Assembly (NCBI GenBank): GCA_001783805.1
Contig: MFNS01000001.1
Location: forward strand, 192,649-256,648
Source of the DNA: Candidatus Levybacteria bacterium RIFCSPHIGHO2_01_FULL_40_16
GTDB lineage: Bacteria; Patescibacteriota; Microgenomatia; Levybacterales; UBA12049
Direction: 5' to 3'
Length of the DNA stretch: 64,000 nucleotides
Positions 1 to 9,364 of this stretch are shown one piece after another (positions within the stretch are counted from its first letter, which is position 1; the number at the start of each line of letters is the position of its first letter). Below the pieces are notes generated by a model, which worked only from the letters and a program-made list of their open reading frames with translations, was not told the origin of the DNA and searched no databases. A program made the position numbers and the translations under genes.

Positions 1-521
1 CAAATCTCATTTTAGGTGCAATTGTTGTTTTAATTGCAGGAATTTTATTTATTTCTTTTGCAAGAGTAAATAGAAATACGCAAACAAGTTCGACAAAAGA
101 TGTATCAAAAGCAGAACAAAATTCAAATACTTCGTCAACGTACACTGTAAATGCTGGCGATGACCTCTGGAGCATTTCAGAAAATGTTTATAAAGATGGT
201 TACAAATGGGTTGATATTGCCAAGGCAAATAAATTGGAAAATCCCGGATTAATTTATTCGGGAGATAAATTGATAATTCCCTCTCTTGACCGAAAGGAAA
301 TTACGCAAAAGCAAGACTCAAATCTGCAAGCACAAAATTCTGTTATTCAAAATGGCTCAATCACCGGAGGTACTTATGCCGTGGTTGCAGGAGATAATTT
401 ATGGGACATTGCAGTCAGAGCCTATGGCGACGGATTCAGATGGCCGGAAATTGCGAAAGCGAATGAACTCGTAAATCCGAATTTAATTCACCCCGGAAAC
501 TTCTTTAAAATTCCGCGGTAA
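1..521 (+). CDS. LysM-domain protein, 5'-truncated by the window edge (TM segment then two LysM repeats)
   Basis: The frame is open from position 3; two repeats match LysM (YTVNAGDDLWSISENVY...DIAKAN, YAVVAGDNLWDIAVRAYGDG...EIAKANEL). Confidence 0.6.
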   Translation, partial: NLILGAIVVLIAGILFISFARVNRNTQTSSTKDVSKAEQNSNTSSTYTVNAGDDLWSISENVYKDGYKWVDIAKANKLENPGLIYSGDKLIIPSLDRKEITQKQDSNLQAQNSVIQNGSITGGTYAVVAGDNLWDIAVRAYGDGFRWPEIAKANELVNPNLIHPGNFFKIPR

Positions 522-563
522 AAAAAATTACTAAATCTTTGTGATAAAATAAAGTTAATTATC

Positions 564-638
564 GCGGTGGTAATTCAGCGGTAGAATGTCTCCTTCCCAA
601 GGAGAATGTCGGGGGTTCGATTCCCCTCCACCGCTCCA
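564..638 (+). tRNA. tRNA-Gly (anticodon CCC)
   Basis: Cloverleaf read by eye: acceptor GCGGTGG/CCACCGC, anticodon loop TTCCCAA, T-loop TTCGATT, CCA encoded. Confidence 0.8.
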
Positions 639-682
639 AAAATCCCCATTGACGAGAACCAAACCTTCTGATAAAATAAATC

Positions 683-2350
683 GTGCACCCTACGAAAAGG
701 ACTAAATACATTTTTGTATCCGGTGGTGTAATTTCAGGCATTGGCAAAGGTACAACCGCAGCCTCTATAGCGCTTCTTCTCAAATCAACAGGATATAAAG
801 TCGCCCCAATGAAATTCGAAAATTATCTGAATATTGACGCGGGAACAATTAACCCTATTGAACATGGCGATACCTTCCTGTGTGAAGATGGGACCGAAAC
901 AGACATGGATATTGGCACTTATGAAAAATTTCTCAATGAAGATATGGGAAAAGATAATTTCATAACGATGGGTCAAATTTATAAAACAGTTATTGATCGG
1001 GAAAGACGATTTGAATATCATGGTGAAGATGTGGAAGCAATACCGCATATCACGGATGAAATCATCAGGCGAATTAAGCATTTGGCCCAAAAAACAAAAA
1101 CAGATGTGGTAATCATAGAATTAGGAGGTACAGCAGGAGAATATCAAAATGTTTTTTACTACGAAGCTTCAAGAATAATGACCTTAAAAAATCCGGGCGA
1201 CGTTATTCATATTCATGTAACCTATGTACCAACCCCAATTCATTTGGGGGAACCGAAAACCAAGCCGGCTCAACTTTCGGTTAGAACTCTTAACTCAATG
1301 GGAATTCAACCCGATTTTATAATTGCCAGATCGGAAAAATATTTAGATCAAAGAAGACGAGATAGATTTGCACTCTTTTGCAATATGCGTCCTGAAGATA
1401 TTATTTCTAACCCTGATATGAAATCCGCATATGAAATTCCGTTGATGCTGCATGATCAGGAATTGGATAAAAAAATCTTGGAGAAATTAAAAATGTCTAC
1501 GAAAAGTACAAAACTAATAGAATGGAAAGAATTCTTAAAGAAAGTAAATTCCAAAAAGACTAAGGATATAGAAATTGCGATTGTCGGAAAATATTTTGGA
1601 ACAGGGGATTATCAGCTGAAAGATTCTTACGCGGCATTATTTGACGCCATTGACCATGCGGCATATTACCTAGGTGTAAAAGCAAAAACTCGCTGGGTTA
1701 ACGCCGAAAAAGTGGAACAGGAAGGGGCGGAAAAATTAATCGGAAGCCCAGTCGGAATAATCGTGCCGATTGGCTGGGGAGAAAGAGGGTCGGAAGGAAT
1801 GATTGCAGCTGCTTCTTATGCCCGAAAAAACAAAATTCCCTATCTTGGCCTTTGTTATGGAATGCAATTGGCAGCTATTGCTTATGCTCGGGATGTTTTG
1901 GGATTTAAGGATGCAAATACTACAGAAAATGATCCAAAAACAAAACATCCGGTTATCCATTTAATCCCAAGCCAAAAAGAGCTGATGAAAAGACGGGCTT
2001 ATGGAGGAACAATGAGGCTTGGTGGTTGGGATGCGAAAGTCAAAGAAGGAACCCGCGCTTACGAGCTATATGCTAAATATAATGATTTTATTAACAAAGC
2101 AAAAAACTTAACTTCGGAAAGACACCGGCACAGGTATGAATTTAACGATAAATATACTAAAGATTTTGAAAAATCAGGACTGGTTATCTCGGCCAGGTCA
2201 GTTGTGGAAAATTTGGTGGAAATAATCGAACTTCCGAAAAATAAACACCCGTTTTATTTCGGAACCCAAGGGCATCCTGAATACAAAAGCCGTCCCTTAA
2301 GACCTCATCCAATTTTCCTCGGCTTCATCGAAGCCTGCGCTGAAATGTAG
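683..2350 (+). CDS. pyrG: CTP synthase
   Basis: N-terminal KYIFVSGGVISGIGKG synthase motif; C-terminal GATase domain (GLCYGMQLAAI). Confidence 0.9.
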   Translation: MHPTKRTKYIFVSGGVISGIGKGTTAASIALLLKSTGYKVAPMKFENYLNIDAGTINPIEHGDTFLCEDGTETDMDIGTYEKFLNEDMGKDNFITMGQIYKTVIDRERRFEYHGEDVEAIPHITDEIIRRIKHLAQKTKTDVVIIELGGTAGEYQNVFYYEASRIMTLKNPGDVIHIHVTYVPTPIHLGEPKTKPAQLSVRTLNSMGIQPDFIIARSEKYLDQRRRDRFALFCNMRPEDIISNPDMKSAYEIPLMLHDQELDKKILEKLKMSTKSTKLIEWKEFLKKVNSKKTKDIEIAIVGKYFGTGDYQLKDSYAALFDAIDHAAYYLGVKAKTRWVNAEKVEQEGAEKLIGSPVGIIVPIGWGERGSEGMIAAASYARKNKIPYLGLCYGMQLAAIAYARDVLGFKDANTTENDPKTKHPVIHLIPSQKELMKRRAYGGTMRLGGWDAKVKEGTRAYELYAKYNDFINKAKNLTSERHRHRYEFNDKYTKDFEKSGLVISARSVVENLVEIIELPKNKHPFYFGTQGHPEYKSRPLRPHPIFLGFIEACAEM

Positions 2351-2379
2351 TAATGACACCGATATAAATATTTGGTATA

Positions 2380-2676
2380 ATGTCGTTTATGATTAAAGAT
2401 GTAGATTTTGTTCCGGGAGATATTATCCGCGTTCACGAAAGAATCAAAGAGGGAGACAAATCCAGAATTCAGATTTTTGAAGGCACGGTTTTGGCATTTA
2501 AAGGCAGAGGGGAAAACCAAAGCTTTACGGTAATGAAAATTGTCGGAGGCATAAGTGTTGAGAAAATCTTTCCGGTTAAATCCCCAAACATCGAAAAAGT
2601 TGAAGTTAAAGAGCATTCCAAAAAGAAAATCAGACGCGCCAAACTTTACTACTTAAGATTACCCAAACCGGCTTAA
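2380..2676 (+). CDS. rplS: 50S ribosomal protein L19 (start may be the ATG at 2389)
   Basis: GDIIRVHERIKEGDKSRIQIFEGTVLAFKGRG...KLYYLR matches the L19 family; tgGTATAAT -10 just upstream. Confidence 0.85.
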   Translation: MSFMIKDVDFVPGDIIRVHERIKEGDKSRIQIFEGTVLAFKGRGENQSFTVMKIVGGISVEKIFPVKSPNIEKVEVKEHSKKKIRRAKLYYLRLPKPA

Positions 2677-2677
2677 A

Positions 2678-3052
2678 GTGAGAATAGTAAATCCTACTGC
2701 AATACTCGGAGAAAATATAGCCTGCGATTACATCAAGAAATTAGGCTTCAAAATTATTGAAAGGAATTTCAGAAAAGGATACGGGGAAATCGATATTATA
2801 GCAACTGAAAAAACAAAAGACGGAGACGTTTTGACATTTATTGAGGTCAAAACGCGGACTTCCAGTCTGTTTGGGTCGCCGTTAGAATCAATTACTCCTT
2901 GGAAGTTAAGATTTTTAATTAGAACTGCGCAATACTACAAAATGACTCATCCCAAACTCCCTGAAAGTTTAAGAATAGACGCGGTATCGGTAATTTTAAA
3001 CGGAAATAAAGCTGAAAATATCGAACTCACCCGCAACATCAGCGGATTTTGA
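2678..3052 (+). CDS. YraN/UPF0102 family endonuclease-like protein (GTG start)
   Basis: GEIDIIA...LTFIEVKTR motif typical of the UPF0102/YraN family. Confidence 0.55.
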   Translation: MRIVNPTAILGENIACDYIKKLGFKIIERNFRKGYGEIDIIATEKTKDGDVLTFIEVKTRTSSLFGSPLESITPWKLRFLIRTAQYYKMTHPKLPESLRIDAVSVILNGNKAENIELTRNISGF

Positions 3053-3099
3053 AATTTTGAATTGCATTTCTGAAGATATAATGTTAGTATTGTATTGAA

Positions 3100-3387
3100 A
3101 TGGGCGAACTTGAAACATTCACTGACGTAAAAACGGTGAGAGCAATAATCGGGGACACCATTGTTGGTGTTTTTCAGCGTCCTGTTGTATTAGCAACGGA
3201 TTGGAAGGTCTATCTTAAGTCTGATGATCCCATTGAAGAAAAACGAAGAGAGGATATTAGGCAAGAATTGTGCAATAAATCGGCGGCAGGCGCAACTGAG
3301 GAAGCAACCTTTTTAGAGTTTCATAATAAGATTGGTAGTAAAATAGACATTACTATCGGCGATGTTGGGCTATTTCCTCACGGGTAA
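3100..3387 (+). CDS. hypothetical protein
   Basis: 95-aa ORF with a TTGAAT-16-TATAAT promoter upstream; no recognisable domain. Confidence 0.3.
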   Translation: MGELETFTDVKTVRAIIGDTIVGVFQRPVVLATDWKVYLKSDDPIEEKRREDIRQELCNKSAAGATEEATFLEFHNKIGSKIDITIGDVGLFPHG

Positions 3388-3403
3388 GTTGCAAGATTGA
3401 AGT

Positions 3404-5419
3404 TTAAGATAATTTTAAAGATTTGATTTGGTCGCGGAGAAATGCGGCTTTTTCGAAATTCAAAGTCTGGGCGGCAATTTTCATTTCTTTTCGTAACTTT
3501 TTAATCAAATCTTCCCTTTCGTCAGGAAGCAAAACTTCTTTTTTGGCAAGGTCAAGATAAAAATTCAAACTGCCTTTGTAATTTTTACTTTCCGTAATTT
3601 CTTCGTCAATTAATTTTTCTCTAATTTGTTTTTGTATTCCGATTGGTTTTTTGTGATATTTTTTGTTGTATTTCAGCTGGATATTCCTGCGTCTTTCAAC
3701 CTCATTAATTGCATTTTTCATCGAACCTGTGACATTGTCAGCATACATAATTACCTCCGCATCAACATGTCTGGCCGCTCTTCCCATAGTTTGAATAAGC
3801 GATGTTCTACTGCGCAGAAATCCTTCTTTGTCCGCATCCAAAATCGCAACCAAAGAAACTTCGGGTAGATCCAATCCTTCACGCAGCAAATTAATTCCAA
3901 CCAGGACATCGTATTCGCCTTTTCTCAATCTATCCAAAATATCTTGTCTCTCTAGCGTTTGAATGTCGGAGTGCAGATACGCGACTTTAACATTTTGTTC
4001 TTCCAAATAACTGGAAAGCTCTTCCGCCATTCGTTTGGTTAAGGTAGTTACCAAAATTCTTTGTTTTTTGGCAACTCTTTTATTAATTTCATCAATCAGA
4101 TCTATAATTTGTCCTTTGGTTGGTTTGATAATTACTTTCGGATCAACCAAATTGGTTGGGCGAATCAATTGTTCGACAACCGCTCCGTCAGCTGACGGAT
4201 TGTCTTTGGCTAAAGATAACTCGTACTCGTCAGGAGTGGCGCTGACATAAGTAATTTGGTTAACTCTTTGCATAAATTCAGTAAATTTGAGCGGACGGTT
4301 GTCCAATGCGGAGGGAAGACGGAAACCATAATCAATTAAAGTGTTCTTTCTTGATTGATCTCCGTTGTACATTCCTCTTATTTGTGGAATTGTAATATGT
4401 GATTCATCAATAATTGTCAGGAAGTTTTTTGATGCATGCTTAAAATAGTCTAGTAAGGTATAGGGCGGCTGGCCGGGCGCTCTACCGTCAAAATAACGCG
4501 AATAATTTTCAATTCCATTGACGTAGCCTACTTCTTTGATCATTTCCAAATCAAAATTCGTCCGTTGTTCCAGCCTGTGGGCTTCCAAATTTTTACCAAC
4601 GCTTTTTAAAAATTTAACTTGTGTTTCCATGTCTTTTCTGATTATCGGAAACACATTATTGTAAGTATGCGGATCAGTCATATAATGTTTGGCAGGATAA
4701 ATCACCGTACCCTTCAAAATTGCAATTGTGTCGCCGGTTAAAGAATTAAACTCAGAAAGTTTATAGAGCTTATTCTTTTTAAGCTCAATTCTAATTCCTG
4801 TGTCTTTATAAGCCGGAAAAAGATCAATTGATTCGCCTCTAACCCGAAAACCGCCTCTGGCGAAAGCATATTCATTGCGTTCGTATTGCAGGTCGGTCAG
4901 ACGGATCATGATAGATTTTAAATCAGTCTTCATTCCGGGGACTAGCTCCATGACAAATTTTCCGTATTCAACCGGGGAGCCTAAATTGTAAATACAGGAG
5001 ACCGAAGCAACAACAATTACATCTTTTCTAGTTAATAAATTGGTTGTTGCGGAAAGCCGTAATTTATCAATTTCCTCATTAATTTCCGCCTCTTTTTCGA
5101 TGTAGGTGTCGCTTTGCGGGATATAAGCTTCGGGCTGGTAATAATCGTAGTAGGAGACAAAATAGGAAACGGCATTTTGCGGGAAAAAATCCCTGAATTC
5201 CTGATAAAGTTGTGCGGCCAGAGTTTTATTATGCGAAATTACCAGTGTTGGTTTTTGAACTTTTTGAATTACATTAGCCATGGTGAAAGTTTTACCAGAT
5301 CCGGTCACGCCTAGCAGAACCTGATTCCGGACATTGTTTTCAATGTTTTTCACCAGTTTTTCGATTGCCTGCGGCTGATCTCCGGTCGGTTTAAAATCCG
5401 ACTTCAGCTTAAATTTCAT
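3404..5419 (-). CDS. uvrB: excinuclease ABC subunit B
   Basis: GDQPQAI...GVTGSGKT Walker A, YYDYYQPEAYIP, and the DGRAPGQPP motif. Confidence 0.9.
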   Translation of the reverse strand: MKFKLKSDFKPTGDQPQAIEKLVKNIENNVRNQVLLGVTGSGKTFTMANVIQKVQKPTLVISHNKTLAAQLYQEFRDFFPQNAVSYFVSYYDYYQPEAYIPQSDTYIEKEAEINEEIDKLRLSATTNLLTRKDVIVVASVSCIYNLGSPVEYGKFVMELVPGMKTDLKSIMIRLTDLQYERNEYAFARGGFRVRGESIDLFPAYKDTGIRIELKKNKLYKLSEFNSLTGDTIAILKGTVIYPAKHYMTDPHTYNNVFPIIRKDMETQVKFLKSVGKNLEAHRLEQRTNFDLEMIKEVGYVNGIENYSRYFDGRAPGQPPYTLLDYFKHASKNFLTIIDESHITIPQIRGMYNGDQSRKNTLIDYGFRLPSALDNRPLKFTEFMQRVNQITYVSATPDEYELSLAKDNPSADGAVVEQLIRPTNLVDPKVIIKPTKGQIIDLIDEINKRVAKKQRILVTTLTKRMAEELSSYLEEQNVKVAYLHSDIQTLERQDILDRLRKGEYDVLVGINLLREGLDLPEVSLVAILDADKEGFLRSRTSLIQTMGRAARHVDAEVIMYADNVTGSMKNAINEVERRRNIQLKYNKKYHKKPIGIQKQIREKLIDEEITESKNYKGSLNFYLDLAKKEVLLPDEREDLIKKLRKEMKIAAQTLNFEKAAFLRDQIKSLKLS

Positions 5420-5451
5420 AGTGATCTATTTTACCATACGTTTGTATACCT

Positions 5452-5489
5452 TTGACATCTTGACAAAATACTCGAATATTTCGTATAAA
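5452..5489 (+). promoter_or_regulatory. lexA promoter (TTGACA-18-TATAAA) with candidate LexA operator CGAATATTTCG (5473-5483) in the spacer
   Basis: A near-palindrome CGAA-TAT-TTCG lies between -35 and -10 in the divergent uvrB-lexA intergenic region. Confidence 0.4.
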
Positions 5490-5526
5490 ATAGTAGATGC
5501 TGAAATAAATTCAACATGACAATATT

Positions 5527-6156
5527 ATGCCGGGAGTAATTTACAAAAAAGAAAGAGAAGTTTTGGAATACCTTGCCCAATTTCAAAGACAATTTGGCTA
5601 TTCTCCAACGCTTAAGGAGATAGCGGGAGCTACAGGACACAGAAGCAATTCTACGGTTCATTCGTTAATTAAGTCTTTGGTTGATAAGGGCTATATCCAA
5701 AAAGTTGATGGGAATAACAGAGTGCTTAAAATTGTTGATCAGAAAGTTACATTCTCTCTGTTAGGAAGTACCGCTTCAATAGAGCTTCCTCTGATGGGCT
5801 ATATTGCCGCAGGAAAGCCCCTGGAGCCTCACAGCGACCCCAATGCTACATTTCATGTATCGGCATCAATGATATCCGGCAAAAAAACCGCTTATGTTTT
5901 GCAGGTCAAAGGCAATTCCATGATTGAGGATGGGATATTTGACGGAGATTTTGTGGTTATTGAAAAAGCAGAAACGGCGACAAATGGAGATATTGTGGTT
6001 GCTTTAGTTGATAATAATATGGCGACTTTAAAAAGATTTTTTAATGAAAATGGAAAGATTGTTTTGAAACCTGCTAATGCAGAAATGGCACCGATTTACC
6101 CGAATACCCTTTTAATTCAGGGAAAAGCTGTGGGAATTGTCCGCAAATTCTCCTAA
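5527..6156 (+). CDS. lexA: LexA repressor (S24 peptidase)
   Basis: N-terminal wHTH (YSPTLKEIAGATGHRSNSTVHSLIKSL); C-terminal S24 domain (VKGNSMIEDGIFDGDFVVI...LKRF). Confidence 0.85.
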   Translation: MPGVIYKKEREVLEYLAQFQRQFGYSPTLKEIAGATGHRSNSTVHSLIKSLVDKGYIQKVDGNNRVLKIVDQKVTFSLLGSTASIELPLMGYIAAGKPLEPHSDPNATFHVSASMISGKKTAYVLQVKGNSMIEDGIFDGDFVVIEKAETATNGDIVVALVDNNMATLKRFFNENGKIVLKPANAEMAPIYPNTLLIQGKAVGIVRKFS

Positions 6157-6158
6157 AA

Positions 6159-6785
6159 TTACTGCTTTTTGAATTTTATTATTTTGAGTTTGTGGTTGAC
6201 GTAAAATAATATAGCGAAGATCAGCAAAATCGCTAAGATTAAGTCGAATCGATGAAAATATACACCAATTGTATTCCATTTATTCCCAAGATAAACTCCG
6301 ATATAAGTTAAAAATGCTGACCAAATTAAAGAGCCAAGAAATGTGTAAATTGAAAATTTCCAAAAATTCATCTCAGCTAACCCGCAAGGCAAGGAGATAA
6401 ATGTCCTGACTGCAGGAAGCATACGGCTGAAAAAAGCAATTTTATCACCATATTTATTAAACCATTTCAGAGAGCGTTCGTATTCGTGGATAGTGATTAA
6501 AATAAATTTGCCATATTTTTTAATTAAGCTGACGATTATTGTCTCCTCCAAAAAATATCCAACTGCATAGGCAAGCCAAGATCCTACTAAATTCGCTAAG
6601 GCTCCGACGACGATAACAGCTATAAAAGAAAATTGACCTGTAGTTACCAAATATCCCGCAAAAGGCATTGTTACCTCGGATGGGATAGGTATTAAAGCCG
6701 ATTCTAAAGCCATGAGTAGGAATACGCCAAGATAGCCTGAGGATTGGATAAGTTGTATAATAAAGCCTGACAACAATTCAATCAT
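6159..6785 (-). CDS. DedA/TVP38-family membrane protein (start trimmed to MIELLSG to avoid overlap with rsmI)
   Basis: GYLGVFLLMALESALIPIPSEV DedA motif; multiple TM helices. Confidence 0.65.
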   Translation of the reverse strand: MIELLSGFIIQLIQSSGYLGVFLLMALESALIPIPSEVTMPFAGYLVTTGQFSFIAVIVVGALANLVGSWLAYAVGYFLEETIIVSLIKKYGKFILITIHEYERSLKWFNKYGDKIAFFSRMLPAVRTFISLPCGLAEMNFWKFSIYTFLGSLIWSAFLTYIGVYLGNKWNTIGVYFHRFDLILAILLIFAILFYVNHKLKIIKFKKQ

Positions 6786-7491
6786 GGGAATTCTATACAT
6801 TGTAGCAACACCAATCGGCAACATGCAAGACATCACTCTGCGTGCAATTAAAATTTTGCAAAGCGTAGATGCAGTTGTCTGTGAAGATACACGTAAAACC
6901 GGTTTACTTCTGCAAAATCTAGCCTCGAAAGGGGACGCCTTGCAAAAAAAAATACCTAAACCTAGGCTGATTTCTTATTATGAGCAAAATGAATTGCAGA
7001 GAATTCCGGAAGTGATTAACGCCTTAAGAAATGGACTAAGCATTGCTTTGGTATCAGACGCGGGAACTCCGACAATTTCCGATCCGGGATTCAAACTTGT
7101 TCGCGAATGCATTAAGGAGGGGATTAAAGTTGAATCAATTCCCGGGTCTTCCTCGGCAATTGCAGCTCTGACCGTTTCAGGTTTACCAACAGATAAATTT
7201 TTATTTATCGGATATCCCCCGAAAAAACCCGGCCACAGAAAAACATTATTTGAAAATCTCATAAAATTACCAATCAAAACCACCATTATTCTTTTCGAAG
7301 GACCGCATCACTTAATTAGAACTCTTGAAGGAATGACAGAAATCTTCGGCGACATCGATATTGTCATTTGCAGAGAGCTAACTAAAATTTATGAAGAAAT
7401 CCGCCGCGAAAGAATCTCATTCTCGGTTGAACACTTTACCAAAACCATTCCAAGAGGCGAGTTTGTTATTTTATTTAATCTTAATAATTAG
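6784..7491 (+). CDS. rsmI: 16S rRNA (cytidine1402-2'-O)-methyltransferase
   Basis: LYIVATPIGNMQDITLRAIKIL...VVCEDTRKTG tetrapyrrole-methylase fold typical of RsmI. Confidence 0.8.
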   Translation: MGILYIVATPIGNMQDITLRAIKILQSVDAVVCEDTRKTGLLLQNLASKGDALQKKIPKPRLISYYEQNELQRIPEVINALRNGLSIALVSDAGTPTISDPGFKLVRECIKEGIKVESIPGSSSAIAALTVSGLPTDKFLFIGYPPKKPGHRKTLFENLIKLPIKTTIILFEGPHHLIRTLEGMTEIFGDIDIVICRELTKIYEEIRRERISFSVEHFTKTIPRGEFVILFNLNN

Positions 7492-8090
7492 AGGATTTTT
7501 TTGGAGATGACGTTGCCATTATTGTCAATTTCAAATAAATCAACTTCACCGACTTCAATTTCCAATTCTGATACACCTTCATCGTTAATGTTTTCAAGAT
7601 ATTTGATTAGAGCTCTTAGGGAATTTCCGTGGGCAATGATAAGAACATTTTTACCTTTTTTCAATTCTGGCAAAATTTCAGCTTGATAATAGGGGATTGT
7701 CCGATCATATACGTCTTTCAAGCTTTCTCCATTTTCAATTGGTGAATCCCAGCTTCTGCGAATTTTTAAAAATTGTTCGTTTCCGACTTCTTTTTGAATT
7801 TCCCACTTATTTTTTCCCGTATAAATTCCGTAATCGCGTTCGTTTAAAGCTTTGTCTTCGAAAGTAGGAATATCTATTTTTAAAACATTTTTTATCTCAT
7901 CAAGTGTTTGCTTTGCACGTATCAATACGGACGCAAAAGCAAGATCAATAGACATGCCTTTTAACTTTTCTCCGGCAAACCTGGACTGCTGTATTCCTTT
8001 TTCACTTAAACCAATATCGGTTAACCCTGTCCACAGGCCCTTTGCGTTCCATTCCGATTCTCCGTGTCTGACCAAAATTAAATTCGCCAC
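7488..8090 (-). CDS. gpmA: histidine-phosphatase family phosphoglycerate mutase
   Basis: LILVRHGESEWNAKGLWTG catalytic His motif. Confidence 0.75.
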   Translation of the reverse strand: MANLILVRHGESEWNAKGLWTGLTDIGLSEKGIQQSRFAGEKLKGMSIDLAFASVLIRAKQTLDEIKNVLKIDIPTFEDKALNERDYGIYTGKNKWEIQKEVGNEQFLKIRRSWDSPIENGESLKDVYDRTIPYYQAEILPELKKGKNVLIIAHGNSLRALIKYLENINDEGVSELEIEVGEVDLFEIDNNGNVISKKIL

Positions 8091-8097
8091 ACTTTCT

Positions 8098-9351
8098 TTA
8101 TAAAATTTTTAACTGATTTTCTATTTGCAAAAGTCTATTGTATTTCGCAATATTCTCACCCCTGGCTAAACTGCCTATTTTAATGTAATCTGCCGAAACC
8201 GAAACTGAAAAATCAGACAAAAAATCATCATTCGTCTCACTCTCTCTATGGGAAACAGTTACTTTTAAGCCTGTTTCTTTAGCTGCTTCCGCGACCGCCA
8301 AAGACTCGATGACCGTACCTATCTGGCTTGGTTTCACCACAATGGCGTTGACGGCTTTTTTGTCAATAGCCATTTGCAGCCTATATGGGTTGGTTGCGAT
8401 AAGGTCGCCCCCGGCAACTATAGTTGTGCCGGACAATTTTTCAAAAAGTGATGTCCATCCCTCCCAATCATCCTGATACAAAGGATCCTCTAAATATAAA
8501 AGATGAATATTCCGATTTAGTTCTTCGTAATAACTTATGAGATCTTTTGAGGATAGAGCCGTAGCACTATCTTTAAGATGATAATTTCCATTCTTGAAAA
8601 AGCTTGAAGCCCGGCTATTTAATCCAAAGAAAACATCAAAGCCAAGCTTGACATAGGTATTTCCGATTGCCTGCTCAATTAAAGAAAATGCTTCTTTATT
8701 TGTTGTCAGATCGGGAGTGAATCCTTCTTCGTATTCATCCAGCATCCTGGCATATTTTGTTTCAATAACCTGTTTGAGCGATTTCCGGACTGCTTCTCCG
8801 ATTTGGATAGATTCCAAATAAGATTTTGACGAGGCAGGAACAATCAGAAATTCATGAAAATCCGCTGAATGGCCTCTTGCTCCATCAATAAGATTAAAAA
8901 TTGGGGTAGGAATCTTAAGCGCTTCGCGATCTTTTTTTATAAATTGCCTAAGATACAGAAAAAGAGGAAGTACGGAGCTTTCTGCACCGGCTTTTGCAAC
9001 CGCCATCGACACTGCCAAAGTAGCATTCGTTCCAAGGCGTGATTTGTTTTGCGTACCGTCAAGATCAATCATAATCTTGTCTATTTCCGGCTGACGTTCC
9101 GCCTCTTTTCCTATTAGGGCAGGGGCAATAACATTTTTAATATTGCTTATTGCTTTGCTTACTCCCTGGCCTTCAAAAGTATTTTGGTCATTATCTTTTA
9201 AGGCAACTGCTTCATAGTTACTTATTTTTTCTCCAGTCGGACATGAAGCTACTCCAATTTTTCCATCATTGAGTATAATTGTTGCCTCAATTGTCGGAAG
9301 TCCTTTGGCATTAAGGATTTCCCGTGCATCAACTGCTTTTATTTTTGTCAT
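8098..9351 (-). CDS. eno: enolase
   Basis: N-terminal ARE(I)LNAKGLPTIEA; full-length enolase architecture. Confidence 0.85.
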   Translation of the reverse strand: MTKIKAVDAREILNAKGLPTIEATIILNDGKIGVASCPTGEKISNYEAVALKDNDQNTFEGQGVSKAISNIKNVIAPALIGKEAERQPEIDKIMIDLDGTQNKSRLGTNATLAVSMAVAKAGAESSVLPLFLYLRQFIKKDREALKIPTPIFNLIDGARGHSADFHEFLIVPASSKSYLESIQIGEAVRKSLKQVIETKYARMLDEYEEGFTPDLTTNKEAFSLIEQAIGNTYVKLGFDVFFGLNSRASSFFKNGNYHLKDSATALSSKDLISYYEELNRNIHLLYLEDPLYQDDWEGWTSLFEKLSGTTIVAGGDLIATNPYRLQMAIDKKAVNAIVVKPSQIGTVIESLAVAEAAKETGLKVTVSHRESETNDDFLSDFSVSVSADYIKIGSLARGENIAKYNRLLQIENQLKIL

Positions 9352-9364
9352 ACTTCAGCTATTA

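Noticed and set aside
559-783. 74-aa minus-strand ORF from the six-frame track
   Set aside because: It lies antisense across tRNA-Gly(CCC) and the pyrG start; the tRNA explains the sequence.
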